Below, in pieces: positions 37,763 through 46,703 of a DNA stretch of 64,000 nt. A program made the translations under genes and the position numbers. The stretch covers positions 640,001 to 704,000 of the forward strand of contig CBDDTI010000747.1 of NCBI GenBank assembly GCA_965233585.1, read 5' to 3'. Under the pieces are notes generated by a model that searched no databases, was not told where the DNA came from, and worked only from the letters and a program-made list of their open reading frames with translations. The DNA is from a bacterium. Lineage in GTDB: Bacteria; SAR324; NAC60-12. Numbering within the stretch: position 1 is the first letter of the stretch; each line of letters starts with the position of its first letter.

Positions 37763-38981
37763 ATGTCATAACATCACGAATAGATTGAGAGTTGACGAGG
37801 ATCATCAGCAGTCGCTCAATTCCAAGAGCCATACCTGCGGCTGGGGGCATGCCTTCTTGGAGACTATTGAGAAACAGTTCATCAAGTGGGACGTGGGGCA
37901 TTTGATGCTGTTGTCGCTTTTCAAGTTCTTGTTCAAAACGTTCTCTGGCTTGACAGGCATCAGTGAGTTCCCCAAATCCATTAGCCAACTCTTGTCCTTT
38001 GATGTAGAGTTCTACACGTTCTGAAAGGCGGAGGTTGTCTTGACGAGCTTGTGCCAGACTGGCAAGGGGCAGGGGCCAATCGTAAACGAAAGTGGGAGCA
38101 TCATCACCAATCTCTTGCTCAAAAGCACCCCACAGATATGAAAAGATTTCTTGATAAGACTCCCCTGCACTGTCTGCAATCCAGTGACCAAGACCTGCTT
38201 GTTTGGCTAGCCTTGCTAGCTCTTCTCCAGTTTCTACATGCTGAATCTTTAAATTAAGATGCTTTTCAAAAATTTCAAACACAGAGTAACGTTGCCATGT
38301 TTTTGAGGTTTCTTGCCCTAACGTTTTAGGAAAGATGTCCCCCAATCTTTGTAGAAACGATTGTAAATCTTTGACGACGTCTTCCAGCCTTGCAAAAGCA
38401 CGGTACCACTCAAGCAAAGTAAATTCAGGATTATGTTTGTTACCAATTTCGTCACCACGGAAGCAGGGGGCAATCTGATAAATTTTTTCAAATCCCCCAA
38501 CAAGCATGCGTTTCATGTGAAACTCAGGAGAGGTTTGCAAAAACGCCTTTTCAGAAGATACAGGGCAAAAGACTGCTTCAGGGTTGGGGGCATCTACACG
38601 CACAGGTGTTTGCACCTCCAAAAAATTTTGATAGTCAAAATAATCACGTATTCTTTTTAAAACCTGATGTCTTTTGTGGAGGTTTTCCATACGTTTATTA
38701 CTTTGGCTAAAGTTACGCCATCTGTAAACATCACCTTGTAGGCTGGGTTGAGTGTCTGCAGAAAATAACTTTTCAACCTTTGTCAAGGTGGCAATCTTTA
38801 CAGAAAAAACAATAATATCACCCACTGCTAACTTCGTCCCTAAAGGACACGAACGTTGTACAATCTTGTGTTCTTGTGCAATCCAGACCAAGAGCATGTT
38901 CTTGCATTGACGCAAAGCCACGATTCGCCCTGCGAATTGGTCTTTTGCAACAATCGGAGTCGTACGGCTTTGTAAATTCAT
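37746..38981 (-). CDS. epmA: EF-P lysine aminoacylase EpmA with N-terminal extension
   Basis: LQTSPEFHMKRML, FR.DE.G.KHNPEFTLLEWY, ELANGF.EL.D, G.ALG.ERL. Coupled to efp. Confidence 0.9.
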   Translation of the reverse strand: MNLQSRTTPIVAKDQFAGRIVALRQCKNMLLVWIAQEHKIVQRSCPLGTKLAVGDIIVFSVKIATLTKVEKLFSADTQPSLQGDVYRWRNFSQSNKRMENLHKRHQVLKRIRDYFDYQNFLEVQTPVRVDAPNPEAVFCPVSSEKAFLQTSPEFHMKRMLVGGFEKIYQIAPCFRGDEIGNKHNPEFTLLEWYRAFARLEDVVKDLQSFLQRLGDIFPKTLGQETSKTWQRYSVFEIFEKHLNLKIQHVETGEELARLAKQAGLGHWIADSAGESYQEIFSYLWGAFEQEIGDDAPTFVYDWPLPLASLAQARQDNLRLSERVELYIKGQELANGFGELTDACQARERFEQELEKRQQHQMPHVPLDELFLNSLQEGMPPAAGMALGIERLLMILVNSQSIRDVMTFVEHE

Positions 38982-39541
38982 ACTTTCACCCTCTCAATGT
39001 ATTCACCTGTTCTCGTGTCAATCCGCAAATGGTCTCCTTCATTGATGAATAAAGGCACATTGACCTCGTACTTGGTAGAAAGGGTTGCAGGTTTGGTGGC
39101 TCCTGTGACCGTGTTTCCTTTTTCACCGGGTGTGGTCTCAATCACTTCTAACAAGACAAAATTGGGCAGGGTGATTCCAATGGGTTTAGAGTTAAAAAAA
39201 GCGATGGCAACTGTCGTGTTTTCTTGCAAATAACGGGACGCTTCACCGATGAAATCACTACCTAACTCTATCTGCTCATAAGTTGATTGACTCATAAAAT
39301 GGTAGGTTTGCCCCTCTTGGTAAAGGAATGCCATTTCATGCTCTTCTACATCAGCAGGTTTTAACTTTTCCCCTGTTTTGAAGGTCTTATCCAAAACATT
39401 GAGATTGATCATGTTGCGTATTTTTGTACGGGTAAACGCATTACCTTTTCCGGGCTTGACAAATTGAAAATCTATGACTTGGTAAGGAGTCCCGTCTATT
39501 TCAATACGTAACCCTTTCCTAATGTCTGAAACTTCGTACAT
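38978..39541 (-). CDS. efp: Elongation factor P
   Basis: VKPGKG.AF, KPATL, VPLFI..G...IDTR.GEY.ER. Confidence 0.97.
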   Translation of the reverse strand: MYEVSDIRKGLRIEIDGTPYQVIDFQFVKPGKGNAFTRTKIRNMINLNVLDKTFKTGEKLKPADVEEHEMAFLYQEGQTYHFMSQSTYEQIELGSDFIGEASRYLQENTTVAIAFFNSKPIGITLPNFVLLEVIETTPGEKGNTVTGATKPATLSTKYEVNVPLFINEGDHLRIDTRTGEYIERVKV

Positions 39542-39677
39542 GAGGCGATTTTATCCTAATAATAGAGAATTGAAAAAGACGAAAATTATCACTTAAGATA
39601 GTGATGATGTCAAGGGTAAGAGAGATGTTCGCATCATTTTTAAAGAAATGATAGGTTGAGGAGGGTTTTTTTTAAGT

Positions 39678-40697
39678 TTAAGGAGCAGTCAAAACTTCAC
39701 TTTCTGTCTCACGTTCATTGATAAATTGATTAAATTCATTGGCTCTTTCTGTGACAGAATTATCTCCAACGCCTTGATTGATATAAGATGATTCTCTTGA
39801 GCGATTTTTGATGAACTCTTCAAACTTTGCTTGTTCCTGTGGGTTTCGTGTTTTGAAGTATTGAACGCCTGCTTTTTGTAAATCTTTTTGACGTTGTTTA
39901 ATGAAGTTTTGATACAAAACGCCTTTGCCTTGGTTTTTATTGACCGCCTTTTGACCGCCTTGATGTTTGACCTGAACTTTTTGATGATTGGCGACAAACT
40001 CGTCATATTTTTCTGCAACAGAATAATTCATTTTCTGCACATCTTCACGGTAAGAAACTGCCTCTTCGTTTCGTGTGGCGACAAACTTTTCGTAACGTTC
40101 CCGTAAATCAGTGCTTTTTTTAGAGGCAGGTCCTGTGAATGAAGTTTGCTTTTCTTGTTGATATTGTTGGTGTCTTGCTTGTCTGTCAAGCAATTCATTG
40201 AATCTTTTCAACTGGGTGTCAGTCTTGAAAGAAGACCCTTGAGCAGTGTTTTTGTCTAAATATTTTTGCGTCTCTTCTGCTTTCCTCATAAATTTTTGGA
40301 AGGCATCACGTCTTGTTTTTTGTTGAAACTGTCCATCAGGCACACGATTCTTATAAAAAGCCACAGACCTTTCGTGTTGTTCCTGAAACTTTCCCCAATC
40401 TTCTCGTTTGGAATCTTTAGTTAGCATCTGATTCCTCTTTCTCAATTCTTCTAGCTTTTGTTGATAAATCTCTTGCGCTCGTTCTTGTTGTTGCAAAAAT
40501 TGAGTAGAACGTTGAGACAATGACTCTGACTTGAGGTCGCGTTGTCGTTGATTTTCGTTGTTCAGCTTTTGTTCAGTTTGCCTAAGCCTTCGCAAATAAA
40601 TTCGGTCACTTGGGAACTCTTGCGTTGGCAATTCTGCCTGCCCATACACTATGAAAAGGACTGCGAACAAAAAAGCGGCTTTCAAAAATGGGTTCAT
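39678..40697 (-). CDS. Exported helical Q/K/E-rich repeat protein, unknown function
   Basis: N-terminal hydrophobic signal, recurring [YF]xxF[IV]xxR motif. Confidence 0.7.
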   Translation of the reverse strand: MNPFLKAAFLFAVLFIVYGQAELPTQEFPSDRIYLRRLRQTEQKLNNENQRQRDLKSESLSQRSTQFLQQQERAQEIYQQKLEELRKRNQMLTKDSKREDWGKFQEQHERSVAFYKNRVPDGQFQQKTRRDAFQKFMRKAEETQKYLDKNTAQGSSFKTDTQLKRFNELLDRQARHQQYQQEKQTSFTGPASKKSTDLRERYEKFVATRNEEAVSYREDVQKMNYSVAEKYDEFVANHQKVQVKHQGGQKAVNKNQGKGVLYQNFIKQRQKDLQKAGVQYFKTRNPQEQAKFEEFIKNRSRESSYINQGVGDNSVTERANEFNQFINERETESEVLTAP

Positions 40698-41026
40698 TGT
40701 GTTCTAAAAAAAACTCTTGAATCAAAGACATCTTGCTTGCTTATCGGCATTTCCCCAAAGAACATGAGCTTTTCAAACTATTCTGTCCAAACTCTTCTTT
40801 TGTTTATTTTGTTGAATAAATTAGCCTCTGATTGAAATCAAACTTGCTACTTCATTTCCCTCTACCTCACTCCCCTCAAAAAAAAATTCAAAAAATAATA
40901 AATATAGGCTTGCGTTTTTTTTTTGTACTTGCATAATCTCGTTTTGTTGTTTTTCTCAAACTCTAATTTTGGATTTAACTAGAGGAGTTAGAGTTATTTT
41001 TTTAATCATTTAACCAAATAAATGTA

Positions 41027-41713
41027 ATGATGATTCCTGCAATTCAATTCGTCAAAAATTATCTTTCACTTCCTTTCAAAGGATTGCCCCAAGCATGTAG
41101 TTCGGCCTACTTAGAAATTTCTGAATTTCTTCTTGATGTCCCTCTTCATCTTATCAAAAGGCTGATACGGCTGACGCTTTTATTCCTTGTTGTTACTTTT
41201 TCTTGGATTCCAAACAGTTTTGGAGAACCCGCAGTTACTGGAATTGGATTAGGTACGACCTACGGTGGTACCTATGGAATTTTGGTGGCGGGTCCTTTGG
41301 GCAATTTAGAAGGACAGATTGTAGGTTTTGGTTTGGGACGGGTTGAATACCCAACAAAAGTTGAAGGAGAAGATAGCTCAGGTGAATTTGGATTAAGTGG
41401 GATGTGGGGTAAGTATTTTGAAGGACTTCCCAAATCTTACTATGGAGTTTCCGTGGGACCTGTTGCGTCTTATGCAGAAAATAAATGTACAAGATCTAGT
41501 AGCAGGTATAAGTGTAAGGGAAAGGGAGGTGTTTTATATGGTCTTAATTTAATCGTAGGAGGTTCCATCTGGGAGGATTTAAAAGGGTTTTACAGTGACC
41601 TTGGCGTTACAATCTGGTCTCAATCAGTTGAGTTTGAGATTTTTGGAAAGAAGTATAAGCGTGATGCTGTTGGTCGTTTAGTCTTTAGCATTGGATGGAA
41701 CTTAGAGAATTAA
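41027..41713 (+). CDS. Putative small outer-membrane beta-barrel protein
   Basis: Gly/aromatic-rich amphipathic strands, C-terminal FSIGWNL. Start uncertain. Confidence 0.55.
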   Translation: MMIPAIQFVKNYLSLPFKGLPQACSSAYLEISEFLLDVPLHLIKRLIRLTLLFLVVTFSWIPNSFGEPAVTGIGLGTTYGGTYGILVAGPLGNLEGQIVGFGLGRVEYPTKVEGEDSSGEFGLSGMWGKYFEGLPKSYYGVSVGPVASYAENKCTRSSSRYKCKGKGGVLYGLNLIVGGSIWEDLKGFYSDLGVTIWSQSVEFEIFGKKYKRDAVGRLVFSIGWNLEN

Positions 41714-41838
41714 GTCACATATGTAGGTAAAAGTCTCATTGAAAAAAAGGAGGTGTCTCATGGTCTGAATTTACTCGTAAATGACTCATATCTCATAAAT
41801 TTAAATATTTTTAACTCTAAACTTAAAATAGGTTCACA

Positions 41839-42375
41839 ATGAAAATTTTAACATACATTAAAAATAACGCTGAGAGTTTAATGAACTCTTTTGGATTGTT
41901 TGGCTTCTTCCAAGGTTTTTTGAAAGGAACAAAAAAACTTGTTAGATCATTTTTGACCTTAGCTTTAGGAATGACCCTTATCTTTGTTCTAGCTGGGTGC
42001 GCTAAAGATGATGATGATTCTTCTGGTAGTGATGATGATGATCCTCATTTCAATGATCCTTATTTCAATAATCATTATGATGATGATAGTGATAGCCAAG
42101 TAACAATTTTAACCTTAAAAAATGAAACTAGTCAGCCCTTTGGTAAATTTTATATTTCTCCTAGCAGTTCTGATGATTGGGGAGACGATATGCTTCCAAA
42201 GACTTTGTGGCCAGGAGAGAAGTATAAATTTACTATTTCTGATTGTAATAAGGAATACGATTATAAATCAGTAGATTTTAAAGGTCGGGTGAGCATTATG
42301 AGAAGAGATTACGTGAAATGTGGTGAAGATTTTATTTTAAGAGTCCTTAGATTCAGAGACCGAGATGAATCTTAA
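41839..42375 (+). CDS. Lipoprotein with Asp-rich linker
   Basis: Lipobox LAGC, poly-D tract, N.T......YISPSS.DDWG.D.L...L.PGE...C.YD domain. Confidence 0.75.
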   Translation: MKILTYIKNNAESLMNSFGLFGFFQGFLKGTKKLVRSFLTLALGMTLIFVLAGCAKDDDDSSGSDDDDPHFNDPYFNNHYDDDSDSQVTILTLKNETSQPFGKFYISPSSSDDWGDDMLPKTLWPGEKYKFTISDCNKEYDYKSVDFKGRVSIMRRDYVKCGEDFILRVLRFRDRDES

Positions 42376-42516
42376 TCTCCTTAGATCTTTTAGTAATTAG
42401 ACTTCTTTAAGCTCTACAAAAATAAACACTCATTTAGGTAGATGATTTTTTTTGGAGTCACTGATTAGGGTTTTATCTAAACCCCCCAGCTTATCCAAGT
42501 AGTTTCCATCAAAGCA

Positions 42517-42568
42517 ACCTGACTGACACGCCCCCACAAAGAATGAACCACTTTCTGGTCAGTCAGGT
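42517..42568. repeat. 11-bp inverted repeat ACCTGACTGAC / GTCAGTCAGGT
   Basis: Arms at 42517-42527 and 42558-42568. Confidence 0.7.
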
Positions 42569-42930
42569 CTATCCCAATAGCCCTCTTTCAATTTCTAAAT
42601 CTCTTTTCTTTTTCTACTTTCCCATTTTTTTAAAATGGAGAAGTTCATCAAATGCCTTAATGACTAAAGGTTGATGATTCTATTCTGTTTGAAGACAGAT
42701 ATTAGCTTCATCTGTAAAGCCCTTTGTCCTTTCAAAAATTTTCTTTCTTTATTTTATTGATTGAATGCAGAATCTTCACAACGCAGGTGGTCTCTGAGCA
42801 GTTTTGACGTTCTTTGGCAATTTTTTAAAAAAGAGACTGCTTGAGTTAGGACTAGTTGATTCAGAAAGTGGTATGTTCTTTGCAAAAGGTATCGTGTCAG
42901 TCAGAACGATGTTAAAATAGGATTGAATCT

Positions 42931-44022
42931 ATGAAAAGGCAATTTTTAGTTATTGGTTTACTTGTTTGGTCAACGATTCTCTTTGCTCAGGAGCAAGAAG
43001 AGGTCATTCCTGACTCAGAGACAGAGAACTCTTCAGAAGAAGGTTGGAAGAGCAAGTGGAATGACCCCCGTATGAGACAACTTGAAGAGATTTCAGGAAA
43101 GCTGGAGACTTTAATGAACAAGCAAGTCAATGTGTCTTCTGCCGCAGTTTACGAGGTGCGTTTTTCCCCACAGATTGACAAGAATTTTAGGCAAGCGGCA
43201 TTGAGCAAGATGTATCAAGTCTTTAGCCGTGTTCCAGATTTTTATGCCGCACGTTGTGATGAATGCTTTCAAATCCGTACTAAAGTGTCAGGTAACACTT
43301 TGCGTGTAAGTCGTGGGATTGCAGACCCTGAACATCGGCGTAAAATTGCAAGACGTATGAACACAGAAGGATTTATGAAGATCATCATCTCCCAAGTAGA
43401 TCAACAACTTTCTGTTGCCATTGAAATTTACGGGGCAAAGAATGGACAGCTTCTTTTTAGTGAAGTGGTGGCAGGAACGCCTCCCATTCCTGAACCCAAT
43501 GCCTTTGATTTGTATGTAGGTCAAATGAGGTTTGACGTTGCCTTTGAGTCTGAGTCTGCAGATTTTTCCGAAACACAAACCTATCAGCTACCAACTTTGA
43601 CGTTTGGAAAGTCTTATCAAATTCTGGAACATTGGTATTTTACAGGAGACATTAGCATTTTGGCGGATATAAGTCAGAAAGAAGAAGATGCACCGGAGGT
43701 CACTGGGGGCTTTTCAGGACTTGCCTTTTATGGAAGAAGTATTTACGACTTTATCAATATTGGTGTCAATGACAATGTCAGTTTTGGACTCATTACAGGG
43801 ATTGGGCAATGGCTTTCTCCACAGCTCAAATTCCCTGTTTTGTATGCTGTGGGGTTGCGTATGATGATGGGCAGGACTTTCTTGTTTAACTTTGAATACA
43901 TTTCTACTGAAATTAAAGAGGTTCAAGCCACATACACCGACCCAGAAACAGAAGAAGAAGTGGAAGACATGAAAGCATCTGTCAATTCCGCAACCAGTGT
44001 CTCTTTAGGAATCCGTTTTTAG
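42931..44022 (+). CDS. Exported protein, alpha/beta N-domain (CxxC) plus beta-barrel-like C-domain; first gene of motor-like operon
   Basis: Signal peptide, CDEC, C-terminal amphipathic strands ending SLGIRF. Confidence 0.7.
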   Translation: MKRQFLVIGLLVWSTILFAQEQEEVIPDSETENSSEEGWKSKWNDPRMRQLEEISGKLETLMNKQVNVSSAAVYEVRFSPQIDKNFRQAALSKMYQVFSRVPDFYAARCDECFQIRTKVSGNTLRVSRGIADPEHRRKIARRMNTEGFMKIIISQVDQQLSVAIEIYGAKNGQLLFSEVVAGTPPIPEPNAFDLYVGQMRFDVAFESESADFSETQTYQLPTLTFGKSYQILEHWYFTGDISILADISQKEEDAPEVTGGFSGLAFYGRSIYDFINIGVNDNVSFGLITGIGQWLSPQLKFPVLYAVGLRMMMGRTFLFNFEYISTEIKEVQATYTDPETEEEVEDMKASVNSATSVSLGIRF

Positions 44023-44025
44023 GAA

Positions 44026-45636
44026 ATGATCATGAACTTACAAACTCAATTTTCAGTTGCTCTTTTGACTAGCCTTGCACTTGGGGCGTGTTCTTCAAAA
44101 AGTGATATTGAAGTAGAACAGAATCCAAATACTTCTCGTGTGATCTATACGCATACAAGAAAAAATGAAGTGGTTACAGTGACGGAAGAAAAAACCAAAG
44201 ATGAACATTTGATTCGTGTCAATATAGAACGTGATGGTGAGGTTTCAGAGGCAGTGCATCAAATCCAAGAGCATAATTTTGTCTTTGAAGTGCCACTGAG
44301 AGAAGCCCCTGCTGGAGTATTGGCAAGGAAAGTTGCAGACTATGAAGCCTACATTCAAAAAATCTTTTATGAAGAGATTGCCCAGCACATCTCCACTCAA
44401 CGTTTCACAACGACTGTCAGGGTGTCATGGGATGCGGGTCAGCTAGATACGTTGGATTCTAACTATGACGACCTCAAAACGGACACCTCACAAGTAGATG
44501 TCAGACTAGGCAGTGCCATTTCAAAACTTGATGTGTCAGTCTTGATAGATCAAGGGTTGCCCTCTCGCTATGATGAATTTGTCAAACAACTGATTTTGGC
44601 ACAATATTTTTTCCGTCCTACCAGAGGAGATGCTTTTGAAGTCAGACGTGCCGTGTTTCCTGCCCAAGACTTTTTAGGCAATGACTTTCAATCACGGCTT
44701 TTGACTTATGAATCAGAGGTTCGTCAAAGGTTTGACCAAACTTTAAATCAACACATTGACCCAGAAAATTTTGAAGTTTCATCAAGAATTTTTTGGAATC
44801 AACAAAAACTAGAAGACCTCAAGTTCCAATATCAAAAAGACTCTGGACAACGTCAATCTTCGCAAGATGTTCAATTTGTGACGGCTGTTGACAAACTGCA
44901 AGTAGCAGTCTTATTGGATAGGAATTTATCCAAAGAAAATGATGAATTTGTCAAGTCTCTTGTCTCTGCGCAAGCAGATTTTCAGCAGGACAGAGGAGAT
45001 GAGGTCAAGGTGCAACGAATCATCTTTCCTGCCAAAGGTTCTGTTGGTGTGACGCATAGTGAGAAGTTGGAGAAAACCTTGCGAGACCTCTTGACCAGCT
45101 ACATTGCACCTAAAAACTTTTTTGTTAAAGTTCAACTCTTACCCCCGAAAGAAGCAGACCAAGCAGGCAGGGCGCCTATCCATGTTGGAGTGGTTTTGAA
45201 TGACTTGCTTGACCCAAAAATTGATGACTTTGTCAGGCAAATCATTCCTTTTACTTTGAATACTGATGAAGAATACGGAGACGTCATAGAGGTGACTCGC
45301 AAACGATTCCCCGAAAATCCTGAAATCTCTCAACAAACCGCAGTTTCCAGCCCTAGCACCAATGACGTTGCTCAAACCCAAGAGGTTCAAGACATCTTTG
45401 AACAAATCAGGATTTATTATGAACAAATGGATTATGACAATGCTTTGGAATTGACTCAAAGGGCATTGATTATCGCATCTGACCGTGAGCAAAAAGTGAA
45501 ACTGCTCAAGATGAAGGGGTCTTTGCATTACTTGTTGCAAGAGCCTGAAAATGCACGCAGGGCGTGGAATGAAGTGTTACGGATTGAACCCAGCGATGAG
45601 GAAGCTAAACAATCTTTAAACATGATTGACTCATGA
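44026..45636 (+). CDS. Lipoprotein with three tandem FliF-C-like ring domains and C-terminal TPR
   Basis: Lipobox LGAC. Three repeats ending RGDAFEV..VFP / RGDEVKV..IFP / YGDVIEV..RFP. TPR ending A..AW..VL.IEP...EA. Confidence 0.7.
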   Translation: MIMNLQTQFSVALLTSLALGACSSKSDIEVEQNPNTSRVIYTHTRKNEVVTVTEEKTKDEHLIRVNIERDGEVSEAVHQIQEHNFVFEVPLREAPAGVLARKVADYEAYIQKIFYEEIAQHISTQRFTTTVRVSWDAGQLDTLDSNYDDLKTDTSQVDVRLGSAISKLDVSVLIDQGLPSRYDEFVKQLILAQYFFRPTRGDAFEVRRAVFPAQDFLGNDFQSRLLTYESEVRQRFDQTLNQHIDPENFEVSSRIFWNQQKLEDLKFQYQKDSGQRQSSQDVQFVTAVDKLQVAVLLDRNLSKENDEFVKSLVSAQADFQQDRGDEVKVQRIIFPAKGSVGVTHSEKLEKTLRDLLTSYIAPKNFFVKVQLLPPKEADQAGRAPIHVGVVLNDLLDPKIDDFVRQIIPFTLNTDEEYGDVIEVTRKRFPENPEISQQTAVSSPSTNDVAQTQEVQDIFEQIRIYYEQMDYDNALELTQRALIIASDREQKVKLLKMKGSLHYLLQEPENARRAWNEVLRIEPSDEEAKQSLNMIDS

Positions 45637-46703
45637 AATATCTGATTTTTATTATTCTTTTACTGACTGCACCAGTCATGCTTTTGGCTCAACAAGAAGT
45701 CAGAGACCAAGCTGATGACATCTTTCAGCAACTGATGGGACAAGATGCTCCATCAAGAGAAGAAGGAGAGGCTGAACCGACTCAAACGGCTGAAGCACCA
45801 CAGGTGGAAGCAGAAGCAGAGCCTGAAAACTCTCAACAACCTGCTAACTCTGAAAATGAAGTCACACAAGAGCAAGACTCTATCACGCCTTTGCAACTGC
45901 AAGAGATGTTGCGAGCATCTATCAAACAAGAAATCAAAATTCCTGATGAGGCTCAACGTCAGTTTAATGACAAACAGCTTAGTCAAAAAGTGAAAGAGTT
46001 CTTAAAACTTTCATTGTCTGAAAGACTCATAGATGTCGTGGTGGACACTCGTTACATTGTGCAGTTAGTTCCCATTGTGAAAAAAAGTAGTCAACTTCAA
46101 AAAATCAAATTGCCCGGTTTTGAAAACTACGTTTGGACTCCTGCATTTAAAAATCATAACTTATCGTTTTCTTATCAAACCAGACCTTACCGTACTTATT
46201 TTATTCTTCTCAATGGTCCAAAGACCCTTGTCAACTACGATTTGGTTCAAAAACGCATTGTTGAAATAGACCCTACTACCGATTGGGAAAATCGGGATTT
46301 GCTGAGAGTGATCAATGTTTCTTACGAGACACCTGAATCTTCCCCTTTGCAGATTGCTCAACAAAAACAGACTCAACAAGAAGAAATTCCCCAAATAGAA
46401 CCCAAAGAGGCAGTGCCAGCACCCCTTTCTTTGGAAGAACAGTTGGAACAGGAGAAGCAGTTTAGTAAACACTTGCTTTCTGCAAGAGATGAGTTTTTTA
46501 AGGACAATTTAGATGCGGCATTGGATAACCTGATTGAAGCCATCAAGTTTAATCCTAAATCTGCTCAAGCCTACGAGATGCTTGGCTCTGTTTACTATCG
46601 TTTGGATTGGAAGGAGAAGGCATTGCATTACTGGGGAAAGTCATTGGAACTTTACCCAGATAATAAGACTTTACAAAGATATTATGACAATTTGAGACAA
46701 TGA
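45633..46703 (+). CDS. Exported protein with degenerate FliF-like domain and C-terminal TPRs
   Basis: Signal peptide. LPGF and RDLLRV..VSY segments parallel the next gene. AYEMLGSVYYRL..A..YW..SLELYP.N TPR. Confidence 0.65.
   Translation: MKYLIFIILLLTAPVMLLAQQEVRDQADDIFQQLMGQDAPSREEGEAEPTQTAEAPQVEAEAEPENSQQPANSENEVTQEQDSITPLQLQEMLRASIKQEIKIPDEAQRQFNDKQLSQKVKEFLKLSLSERLIDVVVDTRYIVQLVPIVKKSSQLQKIKLPGFENYVWTPAFKNHNLSFSYQTRPYRTYFILLNGPKTLVNYDLVQKRIVEIDPTTDWENRDLLRVINVSYETPESSPLQIAQQKQTQQEEIPQIEPKEAVPAPLSLEEQLEQEKQFSKHLLSARDEFFKDNLDAALDNLIEAIKFNPKSAQAYEMLGSVYYRLDWKEKALHYWGKSLELYPDNKTLQRYYDNLRQ

Noticed and set aside
37746..38981. Lysyl-tRNA synthetase (lysS)
   Set aside because: It is too short, has EpmA-type TSPE..MKR and LEWY motifs, and overlaps efp.
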